DNA from: an uncultured bacterium
GTDB lineage: Bacteria; Acidobacteriota; Thermoanaerobaculia; Multivoradales; JAHZIX01
DNA length: 64,000 bases
Assembly (NCBI GenBank): GCA_965368975.1
Contig: CBDUPA010000004.1
Location: 256,001-320,000 of the forward strand
Direction: 5' to 3'
Below, one piece after another: positions 46,955 through 55,742 of the stretch. The notes below the pieces were generated by a model that made no database searches, was not told where the DNA came from, and worked only from the letters and a program-made list of their open reading frames with translations. Numbering within the stretch: the stretch's first letter is position 1; each line of letters begins with the position of its first letter. Made by a program: the position numbers and the translations under genes.

Positions 46955-49507
46955 GTGACCCGAGGCTTCATCTATCAGTCCGGCTACCGCATCGAATACA
47001 TCCAGGGTGCCAAGCGGCCCATTGTCCAGCTCTTCGGCCGTCTGGAGAGCGGTGAGACGTTCCTGGTGCGCGACGATCGCGACGTGCCCACCTTCTACGT
47101 GCGGTGCCAGGACGAGGAACGGGCACGCCGTCTGGGTGCGTCGCCGCTGGCCGCCACCGAGCTGCGCACTCTGGGCGACGGCGACGAGGCGCTCCGTGTC
47201 GAGGTGCCGGTGCCACCGGAAACACCGCCACTGCGCGACCGCTTGCATGGCATGGGAATTCCGACCTGGGAGGCCGACGTGCGCTTCGCCATGCGTCATC
47301 TCATGCAGCGGGGTCTGCGCGGCAGCGCCGAGATCCACGGCGAGGCGCGGCCGGGGCCGTTCGCCGCCGAAGGCGGTGCGCAATTGTTGTTCGTCAATCC
47401 CGACCTGCGCCCCGCCGAGTGGGCGCCCGAGCCGCGTGTGTTGTCTCTCGACATCGAGACCGACCCAGCGCACCGACGTCTGCTCTCGATCGCACTCTAT
47501 GGTTGCGGCGCCGAAGAAGTTTTACTGTTGACACCGCCCGATCAAGGCTTCCGCGACACCGTAGCCTGCCCCGAGGGAGCCATTGCCTGCCGCGACGCGC
47601 GTGAACTGCTGCAATGTTTCGCCCGGCGGGTACGCGAACTCGACCCGGACGTCCTTACCGGCTGGAGTGTCGTCGACTTCGACCTCACTGTGCTCGCCGA
47701 TGCCGCGCAGCACCTGGGGGTGCCGCTGGAACTGGGACGCGCCCCTGGTGCTCTGCAGGTGCGTCCCGGCCGCTCGCGCTTCGAGCCGTCGCAGGTACGC
47801 CTGCCGGGCCGCGTCGTGCTGGATGGTCCGGCCCTGCTCCGCGGTGCCTTCATCCGCATGGAGCGTTACTCACTCGACTTCGTGGCGCGCGAGGTGCTGG
47901 GAGAAGGGAAAGTCTTCGGAGGACAACACGGCAGCAGTCAAGGGGGTGGCCGCCAGCACGTCGACGAGATTCTGCGCACCTTCGAGCACGACCGGGAACG
48001 CTTCGTCGCCTACAACCTCACCGATGCTCGCCTGGTGATCGACATTCTCGAGCGTCTCGGTCTGGTGCGCTTGGCCGTCCAGCGTAGCCTGCTGACCGGC
48101 ATGCCCATGGACCGAGTCTCCAGCTCCGTCGCTGCCTTCGATTTCCTGTACATGACGGCTCTACATCGTCGCGGATGGGTGGCACCTTCGGTGCAAGCGC
48201 CGTTGCCAGTGCACTCCGGTGCGCAGGAATCACCCTGGACTTCGTCGGACGCCGACCCGTCGGAGCAGGAGGCTGACGAGGACTTCGCCGCTATAGATTC
48301 CGCGACCGTGCCCCCGGTACCGACGACGACCACCGTCACCACCGGTGGTTACGTGCTCGAACCTGAGCCGGGTCTCTACCGCTACGTCCTGGTGCTCGAC
48401 TTCCAGAGCCTGTATCCGAGCCTGATCCGTACCTTCCAGATCGATCCCGCGGGTTTCCTGGCGGCTCCGAGTGAACAGGACGATCCTATCGTCGCCCCCA
48501 ACGGTGCCGCCTTCCGCCGTGGCGAAGGCATCCTGCCTGCCCTGCTCGACGACCTGATGCCGCGCCGCCAGGCTGCCAAGCAGGCCGGGGACAAGGTCGC
48601 CAGCCAGGCGATCAAGATCTTGATGAACTCGTTCTACGGGGTCCTCGGTACTTCCTCCTGCCGCTTCCACAATCCCGCCATCGCCAACGCCATCACGAGC
48701 TTCGGCCGCGAGCTGCTGCTGTGGTCCAAGGCGCGGATCGAGGGCTACGGCTACCGTGTACTCTATGGCGATACCGACAGTCTCTTCGTCGCCACCGGTG
48801 TCGAGGAGCCGGACGAGGCGAAGGGAGCCCGCGAAGCTCGCGCCCTCGGTGCCGACATCGCCGCCCGTCTGACCGCCGACTTGGCCGAGCACATCCAGGT
48901 GACTTGGGGTGTGGAGAGCCGGTTGCAGATGGAGTTCGAGCACCTCTACCTGCGCCTGCTGCTGCCCTCCATGCGCGGGTCCAGCGCTGGCGCCCGCAAG
49001 CGCTATGCTGGACTGGTGCAGGACGACGCCTCTGAGATCGGCGAGCCACAGGTCGTGTTCACCGGTATGGAAGTCGTGCGTCGCGACTGGACGGACCTGG
49101 CGCGCGGGGTGCAACGCCAACTCTACGAGCGCCTGTTCCATGATCGCCCCGTGGACGACTACCTGGCCCGTGTGGTCGAGGAGCTGCGGGCCGGCGAGCA
49201 CGACGCCGAGCTGATCTACCGCAAGTCGTTGCGTAAGGATCTGAGCGAGTACGCTGCCTCCAGCCCGCAGGTCGTCGCCGCCCGCAAGCTGCGTCGTAAG
49301 CCGGGTCGTCGCATCGCCTACGTCATCACCAAGCGTGGCCCTGAACCCGTCGACGAGCAGGGGCCGAAGCTGGATATTCCTGGTGACCTCGACCACGAGC
49401 ACTACGTCGAGAAGCAGATTCGGCCTGTCGCCGAGCCGGTGCTCGAACAGTTGGGGCTGGACTTCGCCAAGGTCATCGGCGACGATCGGCAGCTGGAACT
49501 CTTCTAG
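46955..49507 (+). CDS. polB: DNA polymerase II (family B)
   Basis: Exo DIETD and YNLTD; pol DFQSLYPS, KILMNSFYG, YGDTDS, KRYAG; C-terminal clamp-binding QLELF; GAGGAGG SD before GTG. Confidence 0.95.
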   Translation: MTRGFIYQSGYRIEYIQGAKRPIVQLFGRLESGETFLVRDDRDVPTFYVRCQDEERARRLGASPLAATELRTLGDGDEALRVEVPVPPETPPLRDRLHGMGIPTWEADVRFAMRHLMQRGLRGSAEIHGEARPGPFAAEGGAQLLFVNPDLRPAEWAPEPRVLSLDIETDPAHRRLLSIALYGCGAEEVLLLTPPDQGFRDTVACPEGAIACRDARELLQCFARRVRELDPDVLTGWSVVDFDLTVLADAAQHLGVPLELGRAPGALQVRPGRSRFEPSQVRLPGRVVLDGPALLRGAFIRMERYSLDFVAREVLGEGKVFGGQHGSSQGGGRQHVDEILRTFEHDRERFVAYNLTDARLVIDILERLGLVRLAVQRSLLTGMPMDRVSSSVAAFDFLYMTALHRRGWVAPSVQAPLPVHSGAQESPWTSSDADPSEQEADEDFAAIDSATVPPVPTTTTVTTGGYVLEPEPGLYRYVLVLDFQSLYPSLIRTFQIDPAGFLAAPSEQDDPIVAPNGAAFRRGEGILPALLDDLMPRRQAAKQAGDKVASQAIKILMNSFYGVLGTSSCRFHNPAIANAITSFGRELLLWSKARIEGYGYRVLYGDTDSLFVATGVEEPDEAKGAREARALGADIAARLTADLAEHIQVTWGVESRLQMEFEHLYLRLLLPSMRGSSAGARKRYAGLVQDDASEIGEPQVVFTGMEVVRRDWTDLARGVQRQLYERLFHDRPVDDYLARVVEELRAGEHDAELIYRKSLRKDLSEYAASSPQVVAARKLRRKPGRRIAYVITKRGPEPVDEQGPKLDIPGDLDHEHYVEKQIRPVAEPVLEQLGLDFAKVIGDDRQLELF

Positions 49508-49537
49508 CTGCCCGCCCATAGCGCCCGACCCAGAGAT

Positions 49538-50401
49538 ATGCCCGGCACCCTCTACCTCGTCGCCACGCCGATCGGCAACCCCGCCGACCTGAGCCCGCGT
49601 GCTCGCTCGATTCTCGACAGCGTCCACGTGATCGCCGCTGAGGACACCCGCATCGCGCGCACGCTCTTCCAACGCACCGGCCTCTCTGCAGCGGGCCAGG
49701 GGCGGGGTGAGCGTTCCTTGTTGAGCTACCACGATCACAACGAAGAAGGCCGCACGCCGCAGCTGCTAGAGCGCTTGGAGAACGGCGACGATATTGCCCT
49801 GATTTCGGATGCCGGCACCCCGCTGGTCAGTGACCCAGGCTTCACCCTGCTACGCGCCGCTTTGGATGCCGGGATCTCTGTCGTTCCCATCCCCGGTCCC
49901 TGCGCTGCCGTCACCGCACTCTCCGTCGCTGGCTTGCCGCCGGACCGCTTTGCTGTCCTCGGCTTCCCACCGCGCAAGGGCGGCAATCGTCGAGCCTGGT
50001 TCGACGAGCTGAAGCAGCTGCCTCTCACGCTCGTCTTCTACGAGTCCCCGCACCGTATCGTGGGAACCTTGGAAGATGCGCTACAGGTCCTCGGCGACCG
50101 GCCAGCCGCGCTCGCGCGCAGTCTGACCAAGGATGACGAGGAGGTTCTGCGTGGCTCGTTGAGCGAGTTGATCGCGCGGTTGCGGCAGCGATTGGAGACG
50201 CAGGAGCGTATCTACGGTGAACTCACCGTCGTGGTGTCTGGCGGTGAGAAGGTGCCGGCCTCGCAGGAGGCGGTGGATCGGGCGATCCGGCGCTTGTTGG
50301 CAGAAGGGCTGAGCGTCAAGCAAGTGCGCGACGTCGTCGCGGACCTGTACGAGTTACCGCGGCGCGAGGTGTATCAGCGAGTGTTGGAACTGCGGGACTG
50401 A
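49538..50401 (+). CDS. rsmI: 16S rRNA C1402 2'-O-methyltransferase
   Basis: LYLVATPIGN, AAEDTR, ISDAGTPLVSDPG, PIPGPCA, FYESPHR. Confidence 0.95.
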   Translation: MPGTLYLVATPIGNPADLSPRARSILDSVHVIAAEDTRIARTLFQRTGLSAAGQGRGERSLLSYHDHNEEGRTPQLLERLENGDDIALISDAGTPLVSDPGFTLLRAALDAGISVVPIPGPCAAVTALSVAGLPPDRFAVLGFPPRKGGNRRAWFDELKQLPLTLVFYESPHRIVGTLEDALQVLGDRPAALARSLTKDDEEVLRGSLSELIARLRQRLETQERIYGELTVVVSGGEKVPASQEAVDRAIRRLLAEGLSVKQVRDVVADLYELPRREVYQRVLELRD

Positions 50402-50531
50402 ACCGCGACGGCTGCTGGGTCTTCGAACCCGTTTGACAGGATGCTGATCCAGTTGCGGGAAGAGGTCGGTCGGGACTGCTGAATCCTCTGTCTGTGCTGT
50501 GAAAGGTCGACAACTGGCAAGGGAGATGGCT

Positions 50532-50562
50532 CGCGGCCTACGCCGACGAAGCGTAGGCCGCG
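50532..50562 (-). terminator. Perfect 12-bp hairpin downstream of the peptide genes
   Basis: CGCGGCCTACGC (50532-50543), 7-nt loop, GCGTAGGCCGCG (50551-50562); no clear U-tract. Confidence 0.6.
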
Positions 50563-50586
50563 CATCCCCGTAGGGAGGGCGAACTG

Positions 50587-50766
50587 TCAGTAGACTGTGC
50601 AGGTCAGGCACAGAGAAATGTTGGTTCTCGGACAGCCTTGGCTGGTTGTGCAGGCTTCGGTGACGATGCCTCCACGGGCGACCTCGAGTTCGGTCGCATC
50701 GAAGTTCTGCAGAGCCGTGATAGTGGTCTTCTTCAGCTGCAGCCTACGGGTGATTCTCTTCTTCAT
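50587..50766 (-). CDS. Lanthipeptide-type RiPP precursor 1 (59 aa)
   Basis: GAGGAG SD; MKKRITRRLQLKKTTITALQNFDATELEVARGG-IVTEACTTSQGCPRTNISLCLTCTVY; core has 4 Cys and 8 Ser/Thr. It is the C-terminal part of track ORF 50587..50970. Confidence 0.85.
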   Translation of the reverse strand: MKKRITRRLQLKKTTITALQNFDATELEVARGGIVTEACTTSQGCPRTNISLCLTCTVY

Positions 50767-50875
50767 CGGTGTCTCCTCTCTGGTTCGGATGGGCTGAACT
50801 TCAACTCGGGGATCTACCGAGTGATCGCTCGGTGTGTAGGAGCGGCAAATGTCTGTTGAATATTTCTGGGGGAAG

Positions 50876-51043
50876 CTACTGAGCGTGGCACAGGATCTCG
50901 CCAATGGAGTTCCCGGTGCCACACTCCATGCCGGCGCAGTTGGTGACAGAGCAGTTGTTCGTGAAGGCACCGCCGCGGGCTAGTTGGAGCATTTTGAGGG
51001 TGTCTTTCTTCAGTTGTAGCTTGGTAAACGCTCTCTTCTTCAT
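50876..51043 (-). CDS. Lanthipeptide-type RiPP precursor 2 (55 aa; absent from the ORF track)
   Basis: GAGGAGGAG SD; manual translation MKKRAFTKLQLKKDTLKMLQLARGG-AFTNNCSVTNCAGMECGTGNSIGEILCHAQ then TAG; core has 4 Cys and 5 Ser/Thr. Confidence 0.85.
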   Translation of the reverse strand: MKKRAFTKLQLKKDTLKMLQLARGGAFTNNCSVTNCAGMECGTGNSIGEILCHAQ

Positions 51044-51148
51044 CAGGGCTCCTCCTCAGGATGGATGAGTTTTCAGTAGAGAATGCAGCATCGCTCAAGG
51101 ATATATCGATGCCTTGGTTTAATGCCGCAATGGCGATGAGAAGGCAGT

Positions 51149-52195
51149 TTAGCATGTAGGAGTGCTTTTCCGCACTCGGCAGACGAAGAAGCCCTCCATT
51201 GCCGCTCCTGGCAGGAGTCGCAGTGCCCGTCGTAGGCGTGGATCGAAGATCTGGCCGTCCCAGCTGCTCAGGCCGCTAGCGACTGAATCCGGTGACGTAG
51301 CCGCGACATCGACCGGCACCTCCTCGACGTCCGCTTCAGGACGATGACGCAGTAGCCGATCCACCGGAGCTTCGTTCTCCTCCGGCGCGAAGGTGCACGT
51401 CGAATACACGAGCACCCCACCTGGCTTCAGCAGGTCGAACGCGACGGTGAGCATCTTGCTCTGGAGACGCGCATTCTTGGTAATGCGGGGAAGGGACCAG
51501 AAGCGCAGGCCCTGCGGATGCCCCAGATCGATGTGGCCTTCGCCGCTGCACTGGGCGTCGAGCAGAATTCGATCGAAGCCCAATGCCGGTAGTTCTGCGG
51601 GATCGAGGTACTTGTCGAGGTATTGCCCCGGATGCTCGGTGATGGTGGCGCAAGTGACGTTGAGCAGTTCTAAGACCTCACGCAATTTTTGTGCGCGTGG
51701 TTTGATGGCATCGTTGGCCCAGATCTGGCAGTCGTTCTCGACGATGGCTGCCAGATGCGCCGTCTTGCCACCGGGAGCGGCACAGACGTCCAGGATAGTG
51801 TCGCCGGGTACGGGTGCGAGTGCGAGTGCAGGGACAAGGCTGGAGGCGACCTGCAGGTAAATCTCGCCCTGTTCGAAGAGGCTGGATCCCGACAGTGCCC
51901 GCTTGTCGCCGTGCAACTGATAGGCATCTGGGCACCAAGGAATGGGCGTGAGTTCGACATCGTTCTGTCGAGCCAAGTGCTGCAGGTCGTCGACGATCTC
52001 TGCCGTGGGTCGAGCCGCCAGCCGGTTGATGCGCACACTGCGCCCCGGTGGTTTGGACAGGCGTGCCTCGCTCTCGCCTTGTGGCAAGCCGAGGATCTGG
52101 CTCAGGCGGTCGAGAAACAGGCGGCGAGGATCACTGGCTTTGGTGCCGCGTGTAGGTCGGCGAGACCTGCTGCGAGAGGAACGGGATGAAGCCAT
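51149..52195 (-). CDS. RsmB/NOP-family RNA m5C methyltransferase (RsmF-like)
   Basis: LDVCAAPGGKT, ILLDAQCSGEG, LVYSTCT..PEENE, EGFF. Confidence 0.92.
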   Translation of the reverse strand: MASSRSSRSRSRRPTRGTKASDPRRLFLDRLSQILGLPQGESEARLSKPPGRSVRINRLAARPTAEIVDDLQHLARQNDVELTPIPWCPDAYQLHGDKRALSGSSLFEQGEIYLQVASSLVPALALAPVPGDTILDVCAAPGGKTAHLAAIVENDCQIWANDAIKPRAQKLREVLELLNVTCATITEHPGQYLDKYLDPAELPALGFDRILLDAQCSGEGHIDLGHPQGLRFWSLPRITKNARLQSKMLTVAFDLLKPGGVLVYSTCTFAPEENEAPVDRLLRHRPEADVEEVPVDVAATSPDSVASGLSSWDGQIFDPRLRRALRLLPGAAMEGFFVCRVRKSTPTC

Positions 52196-52233
52196 GACGG
52201 GGTCATCTTAAACCGCCACCATGGGACTGAGCC

Positions 52234-52716
52234 CTACTCGAAGAAGTTCTGATACTCCTCCAGGAGCCCGTGCACCTTCTGTGCACTGGCTAGTTGTCCA
52301 CTCTCTTGCAGTGAGCTCACGGCCGGCATATACGCTCCCAGGTACTTGTGCAGTTCGTTGTGTCCGGCACCGGTCATCGTGCAGCCCGCGATCAAGGCGT
52401 CGATATCTTCGCGCAGTGCAGCACCAAGGGCGGCCAACTCTTCCGGCGAAGCTTCTTCTTCCTCGAGGCCTTCGAACCTACCTGCCATGGTCGAGAACAT
52501 GGATCGGGTGTGGTCGTCCATGAGCCACTTCTCCTCGCCGTTGAGGGATAGGGCTAGCGGTGCAGCATCGGAGCTCGAAGGCGCTGCGTGGTCTTCGTGA
52601 CTCTCGTGGTCTTCGTGACTCTCGTGATGGGCGTCCGTGGCCTCATGGTGGCCGCCGCAGCCCACGATCAAGATGATGAGAGCTAGGCTGAGGCTGAGTA
52701 GCAAGGTTGCTTTCAT
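52234..52716 (-). CDS. His-rich lipoprotein, putative metal-binding helical bundle
   Basis: Lipobox IVGC; HHEATDAHHESHEDHESHEDH; LNGEEKW; CTMTGAGHNELHKYL; HGLLEEY. Confidence 0.75.
   Translation of the reverse strand: MKATLLLSLSLALIILIVGCGGHHEATDAHHESHEDHESHEDHAAPSSSDAAPLALSLNGEEKWLMDDHTRSMFSTMAGRFEGLEEEEASPEELAALGAALREDIDALIAGCTMTGAGHNELHKYLGAYMPAVSSLQESGQLASAQKVHGLLEEYQNFFE
52587..52625. repeat. 18-bp coding tandem repeat, 2 copies (ESHEDH)
   Basis: gtggtcttcgtgactctc twice. Confidence 0.75.
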
Positions 52717-52786
52717 GAAGGTCTCCACTGGCTTGCGCGGATGTAGGTTCTCGTCGTTATGAGTGATCTGGCTGCATACGCTTCCG

Positions 52787-53095
52787 CTACCGCTCTGTCG
52801 GTGGCGTGTCCACGACGGTGTTCGCAAGGATCCCATGTGCCGTGACATCGACGGGCCGGTGCGTTACCTCGATCGAGGCGGGATACTTTCCGAGGAAGTT
52901 TCCGCCCTTCAGATCCTGCCGCGGCCGGATAGGGCGGGGCCAAAAACCGCCGCCACAATTTGGGCAGACATTCTTCAAAGCTCCCTCGACGCAAGACCTG
53001 CAGAAGGTGCACTCGAAGGAACAGATTCTGGCTTCTGTAGATTCGGGAGGCAAGGGGGTGTTGCAGTTTTCGCACGTCGGTCGAAGTTCAAGCAC
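52787..53095 (-). CDS. DUF1272-family Cys-rich protein
   Basis: MLELRPTCENC...ARICSFECTFCRSC...CPNCGGG..PRPIRP. Confidence 0.9.
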   Translation of the reverse strand: MLELRPTCENCNTPLPPESTEARICSFECTFCRSCVEGALKNVCPNCGGGFWPRPIRPRQDLKGGNFLGKYPASIEVTHRPVDVTAHGILANTVVDTPPTER

Positions 53096-53289
53096 TGGAA
53101 TTCCTCAAAGCTGGATTAGGGACGTTGGGATCTTGCTTGCGAATCCGGCTGACGAACTTGCTTCTAGGTCCGTCCTGCCAGAGACGCATCGCTCTACGAA
53201 GACGCCAGCCAGAGTTCTGACCTTGCTGGCTGCTCAGGTCCATCTTAGACCGCAGGGCTCCGTGCTGGGTGATGCGGTAGAGTTGAGGC

Positions 53290-54072
53290 ATGGACGAACA
53301 GATCCGGGACCTGACGGTGGCCGAAGAGCCCTGCGTCTACCTCTCGGGTCAGCGAGCCCGGCTGCACTACCGCTACATCGAGGGCTGCCATGCCGAGACC
53401 TACCAGGAGATGTTGGAGCGGGGTTGGCGGCGTTTCGGACGGGGCTTTTTCCGGCCGGAGTGCCAGGCTTGCGCCGAGTGTCGCAGCCTGCGAGTGTGCG
53501 TCGAGGACTTCCAGCCAGATCGCTCCATGCGCCGCACGGCTCGCCGCAATCGAGACCTGCGGGTACAGCTGGCGCGGCCCGGAGTGACGCCGGAGCACCT
53601 CGACCTCTATCACCGCTACCACGCGGACATGAGCGAGCGGAAGCAGTGGCCGCGTTCGCGCTCGGGACCGCTGGACTACTTTCACACCTTCGTCGAGGGC
53701 TACGAGGAGTTTGGCTACGAGCTGCGGTTCCGTCTGCAGGACGAGTTGCTCGGCGTGGCGCTGGTCGATCTGCTGCCGCAGGCGCTGTCCGCGGTCTACT
53801 GCTACTACGCGCCGGAGCAGCGGCAGCGTGGCCTCGGTGTCTTCTCGGTGTTGCAGCAGGTGGCCCTGGCGCGGCAGCTACAAAGGCCTCGGGTCTACCT
53901 GGGTTTTCTGGTGGAAGGCAACGCCAGCATGCGGTACAAGGCGCGCTACCGTCCGTATGAGTTGCTGAGCGGCCGGCCGTCCTTCGACGAGGCCCCCACG
54001 TGGGCGCTACCCGTCGAGATGTGCGACGTTCCGGCGCCGGCCGCGCAATCCTCATCGGCGGAGACTTCATGA
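53290..54072 (+). CDS. Bacterial ATE1-like aminoacyl-tRNA-protein transferase (Bpt / putative arginyltransferase)
   Basis: PCVYL, GWRRFG..FFRPECQACAEC..LR, LYHRYH, LSAVYCYY.P...RGLG.FSVL, YLGF.V....M.YK..YRP. Confidence 0.92.
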   Translation: MDEQIRDLTVAEEPCVYLSGQRARLHYRYIEGCHAETYQEMLERGWRRFGRGFFRPECQACAECRSLRVCVEDFQPDRSMRRTARRNRDLRVQLARPGVTPEHLDLYHRYHADMSERKQWPRSRSGPLDYFHTFVEGYEEFGYELRFRLQDELLGVALVDLLPQALSAVYCYYAPEQRQRGLGVFSVLQQVALARQLQRPRVYLGFLVEGNASMRYKARYRPYELLSGRPSFDEAPTWALPVEMCDVPAPAAQSSSAETS

Positions 54073-55742
54073 CGCACAGTCCAAGCTCTTCTTCTCAGCG
54101 TTCCACACCCTCCACACCTGCCGCCCCTGGCGCCTCGGCGCGGCACCGGCGCTGGCTCGGTGGCGTGATCGTGGTGTTCTGGCTGCTCGTCATGGGCTGG
54201 TGGCTGTCCGGTCAGCTCGGCCGCACGGCTTCGCTGCCGGCCGGGGGTATCGCCGCGCCCTCGGACAGCTGGTACGGGCTCTACCTGGGAGACGTGACGC
54301 CGGACCAACTGGCTACGGCCGAGCGGCAGCAGATCGGTCGCTTGCATGTGGTGCAGGAGCCGGAGGAGCGCAGCGGAGAGGGAGGCCGGCCCGAAGAGGG
54401 CCAGCGCACCGAACTGACCGCTGAGCTGGCGTTGACCCTGTTCGGCGAAGCGACGCAGCTGCAGCTCGACGGGCAGCTGTGGCGGGCGCTCGATGGTGAA
54501 CCGGTGGAGTTGCGCTTTGCCTTGACCTCGCGCGGGCAGAGCACGAACGCCCGCGCCCGCGTGGCTGAAGGGCGGCTGCGGGGCACGGTGGAGACGGGTG
54601 GGGAAGAGACGCCGCTCGACTTTCCGGTCGACGGAGACCTGCTGCTGGCCGGCGGTTTTGGTGCGTCGCTGCAGTTGCCGGTGCCGGCCGTCGGCGAGGA
54701 GGTGCGGCTCGACAGCTTCGATCCGATGACGCTCGGTCGCGGCGAGGCAAGGCTGCGGGCGTTGCGTGTCGAGATGGTCGAGATCGATGATGAGCAGGTC
54801 GAGGCGACTGTGGTCGAGGTCACGACAGCAGGTCTCAGCTCGACCGCCTGGGTCTCGGCGAACGGTGACGTGCTGCGCGCGACGACTCCGCTCGGACTGA
54901 CGCTGGAGCGCATCGCCGCACCAGTGGAAGGTGATGTCGAGATCGCCAGCGGACCGGACGGCTCCCTCCTAGAGCTGACCGCGATCCGACCGACGGGGCC
55001 ACCTGAGGGGCAACGTGTCGAGCGCGGGATGCGGCATCTGAAGCTGCGTCTACGCGGGGCTGCCGAGGCGTTGGCGGCGATTCCCGGAGATCGAGTGCAG
55101 CGCCGCGCGGCGGACGGGCGGGAAGGCGTTGTCCTCGACATAACAGTTCCCAACATACCCGTGTCGTCGCCACCCAACGGCGAAAGCACGGCCGCCGCGG
55201 TGGATCCGGAGCCCGCCTGGCTGGCCGCCGCGCCTTTTGTGCAGAGCGACCATCCACGCATCCGTGAGCAGGCCGCGCGCATTCTCGCCGACGCCGGCGT
55301 CAGCGACGCCGATCCGTGGACGCGGGCGCGGGCCCTCGCCGACTGGGTCTATGCAGCGCTCGACAAGCGAGCTGTGCTCAGCGTGCCGTCGGCGCTCGAC
55401 GTGCTGGCCACGCGCGAGGGCGACTGCAACGAGCACACAGTGCTCTACACCGCGCTAGCGCGGGCGTCCGGCATTCCGTCGCGCATCGCGATTGGTCTCG
55501 TCTGGAGCGACGAGGCGCCTGGGCTAGAAGGAGAGGGTGGCTTCTACTACCACGCCTGGCCCGAAGTTCTGACCGCCGACGGCTGGCTGTGGCTCGATCC
55601 GACGCTCGGTCAGCCGCTGGCCGACGCGACCCACGTCAAGCTGCTCAACGGTGGCATCGAGACCTGGACCCGCCTGCTCCCTCACCTCGGGCGCTTGCAG
55701 ATCGACGTTCTGGAGGCAGAACTTCCGGAGACCACGCCATGA
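54069..55742 (+). CDS. Membrane-anchored transglutaminase-like domain protein
   Basis: N-terminal TM helix; catalytic triad motifs GDCNEH, YHAWPEV, WLDPT; ATGA coupling. Confidence 0.9.
   Translation: MTHSPSSSSQRSTPSTPAAPGASARHRRWLGGVIVVFWLLVMGWWLSGQLGRTASLPAGGIAAPSDSWYGLYLGDVTPDQLATAERQQIGRLHVVQEPEERSGEGGRPEEGQRTELTAELALTLFGEATQLQLDGQLWRALDGEPVELRFALTSRGQSTNARARVAEGRLRGTVETGGEETPLDFPVDGDLLLAGGFGASLQLPVPAVGEEVRLDSFDPMTLGRGEARLRALRVEMVEIDDEQVEATVVEVTTAGLSSTAWVSANGDVLRATTPLGLTLERIAAPVEGDVEIASGPDGSLLELTAIRPTGPPEGQRVERGMRHLKLRLRGAAEALAAIPGDRVQRRAADGREGVVLDITVPNIPVSSPPNGESTAAAVDPEPAWLAAAPFVQSDHPRIREQAARILADAGVSDADPWTRARALADWVYAALDKRAVLSVPSALDVLATREGDCNEHTVLYTALARASGIPSRIAIGLVWSDEAPGLEGEGGFYYHAWPEVLTADGWLWLDPTLGQPLADATHVKLLNGGIETWTRLLPHLGRLQIDVLEAELPETTP

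Noticed and set aside
48190-48345. Intein in polB
   Set aside because: Too short and lacks the N-terminal Cys/Ser block and terminal His-Asn.
50814-51155. 113-aa track ORF over the peptide locus
   Set aside because: Different frame from the SD-supported 55-aa precursor at 50876..51043; no motif or good SD.
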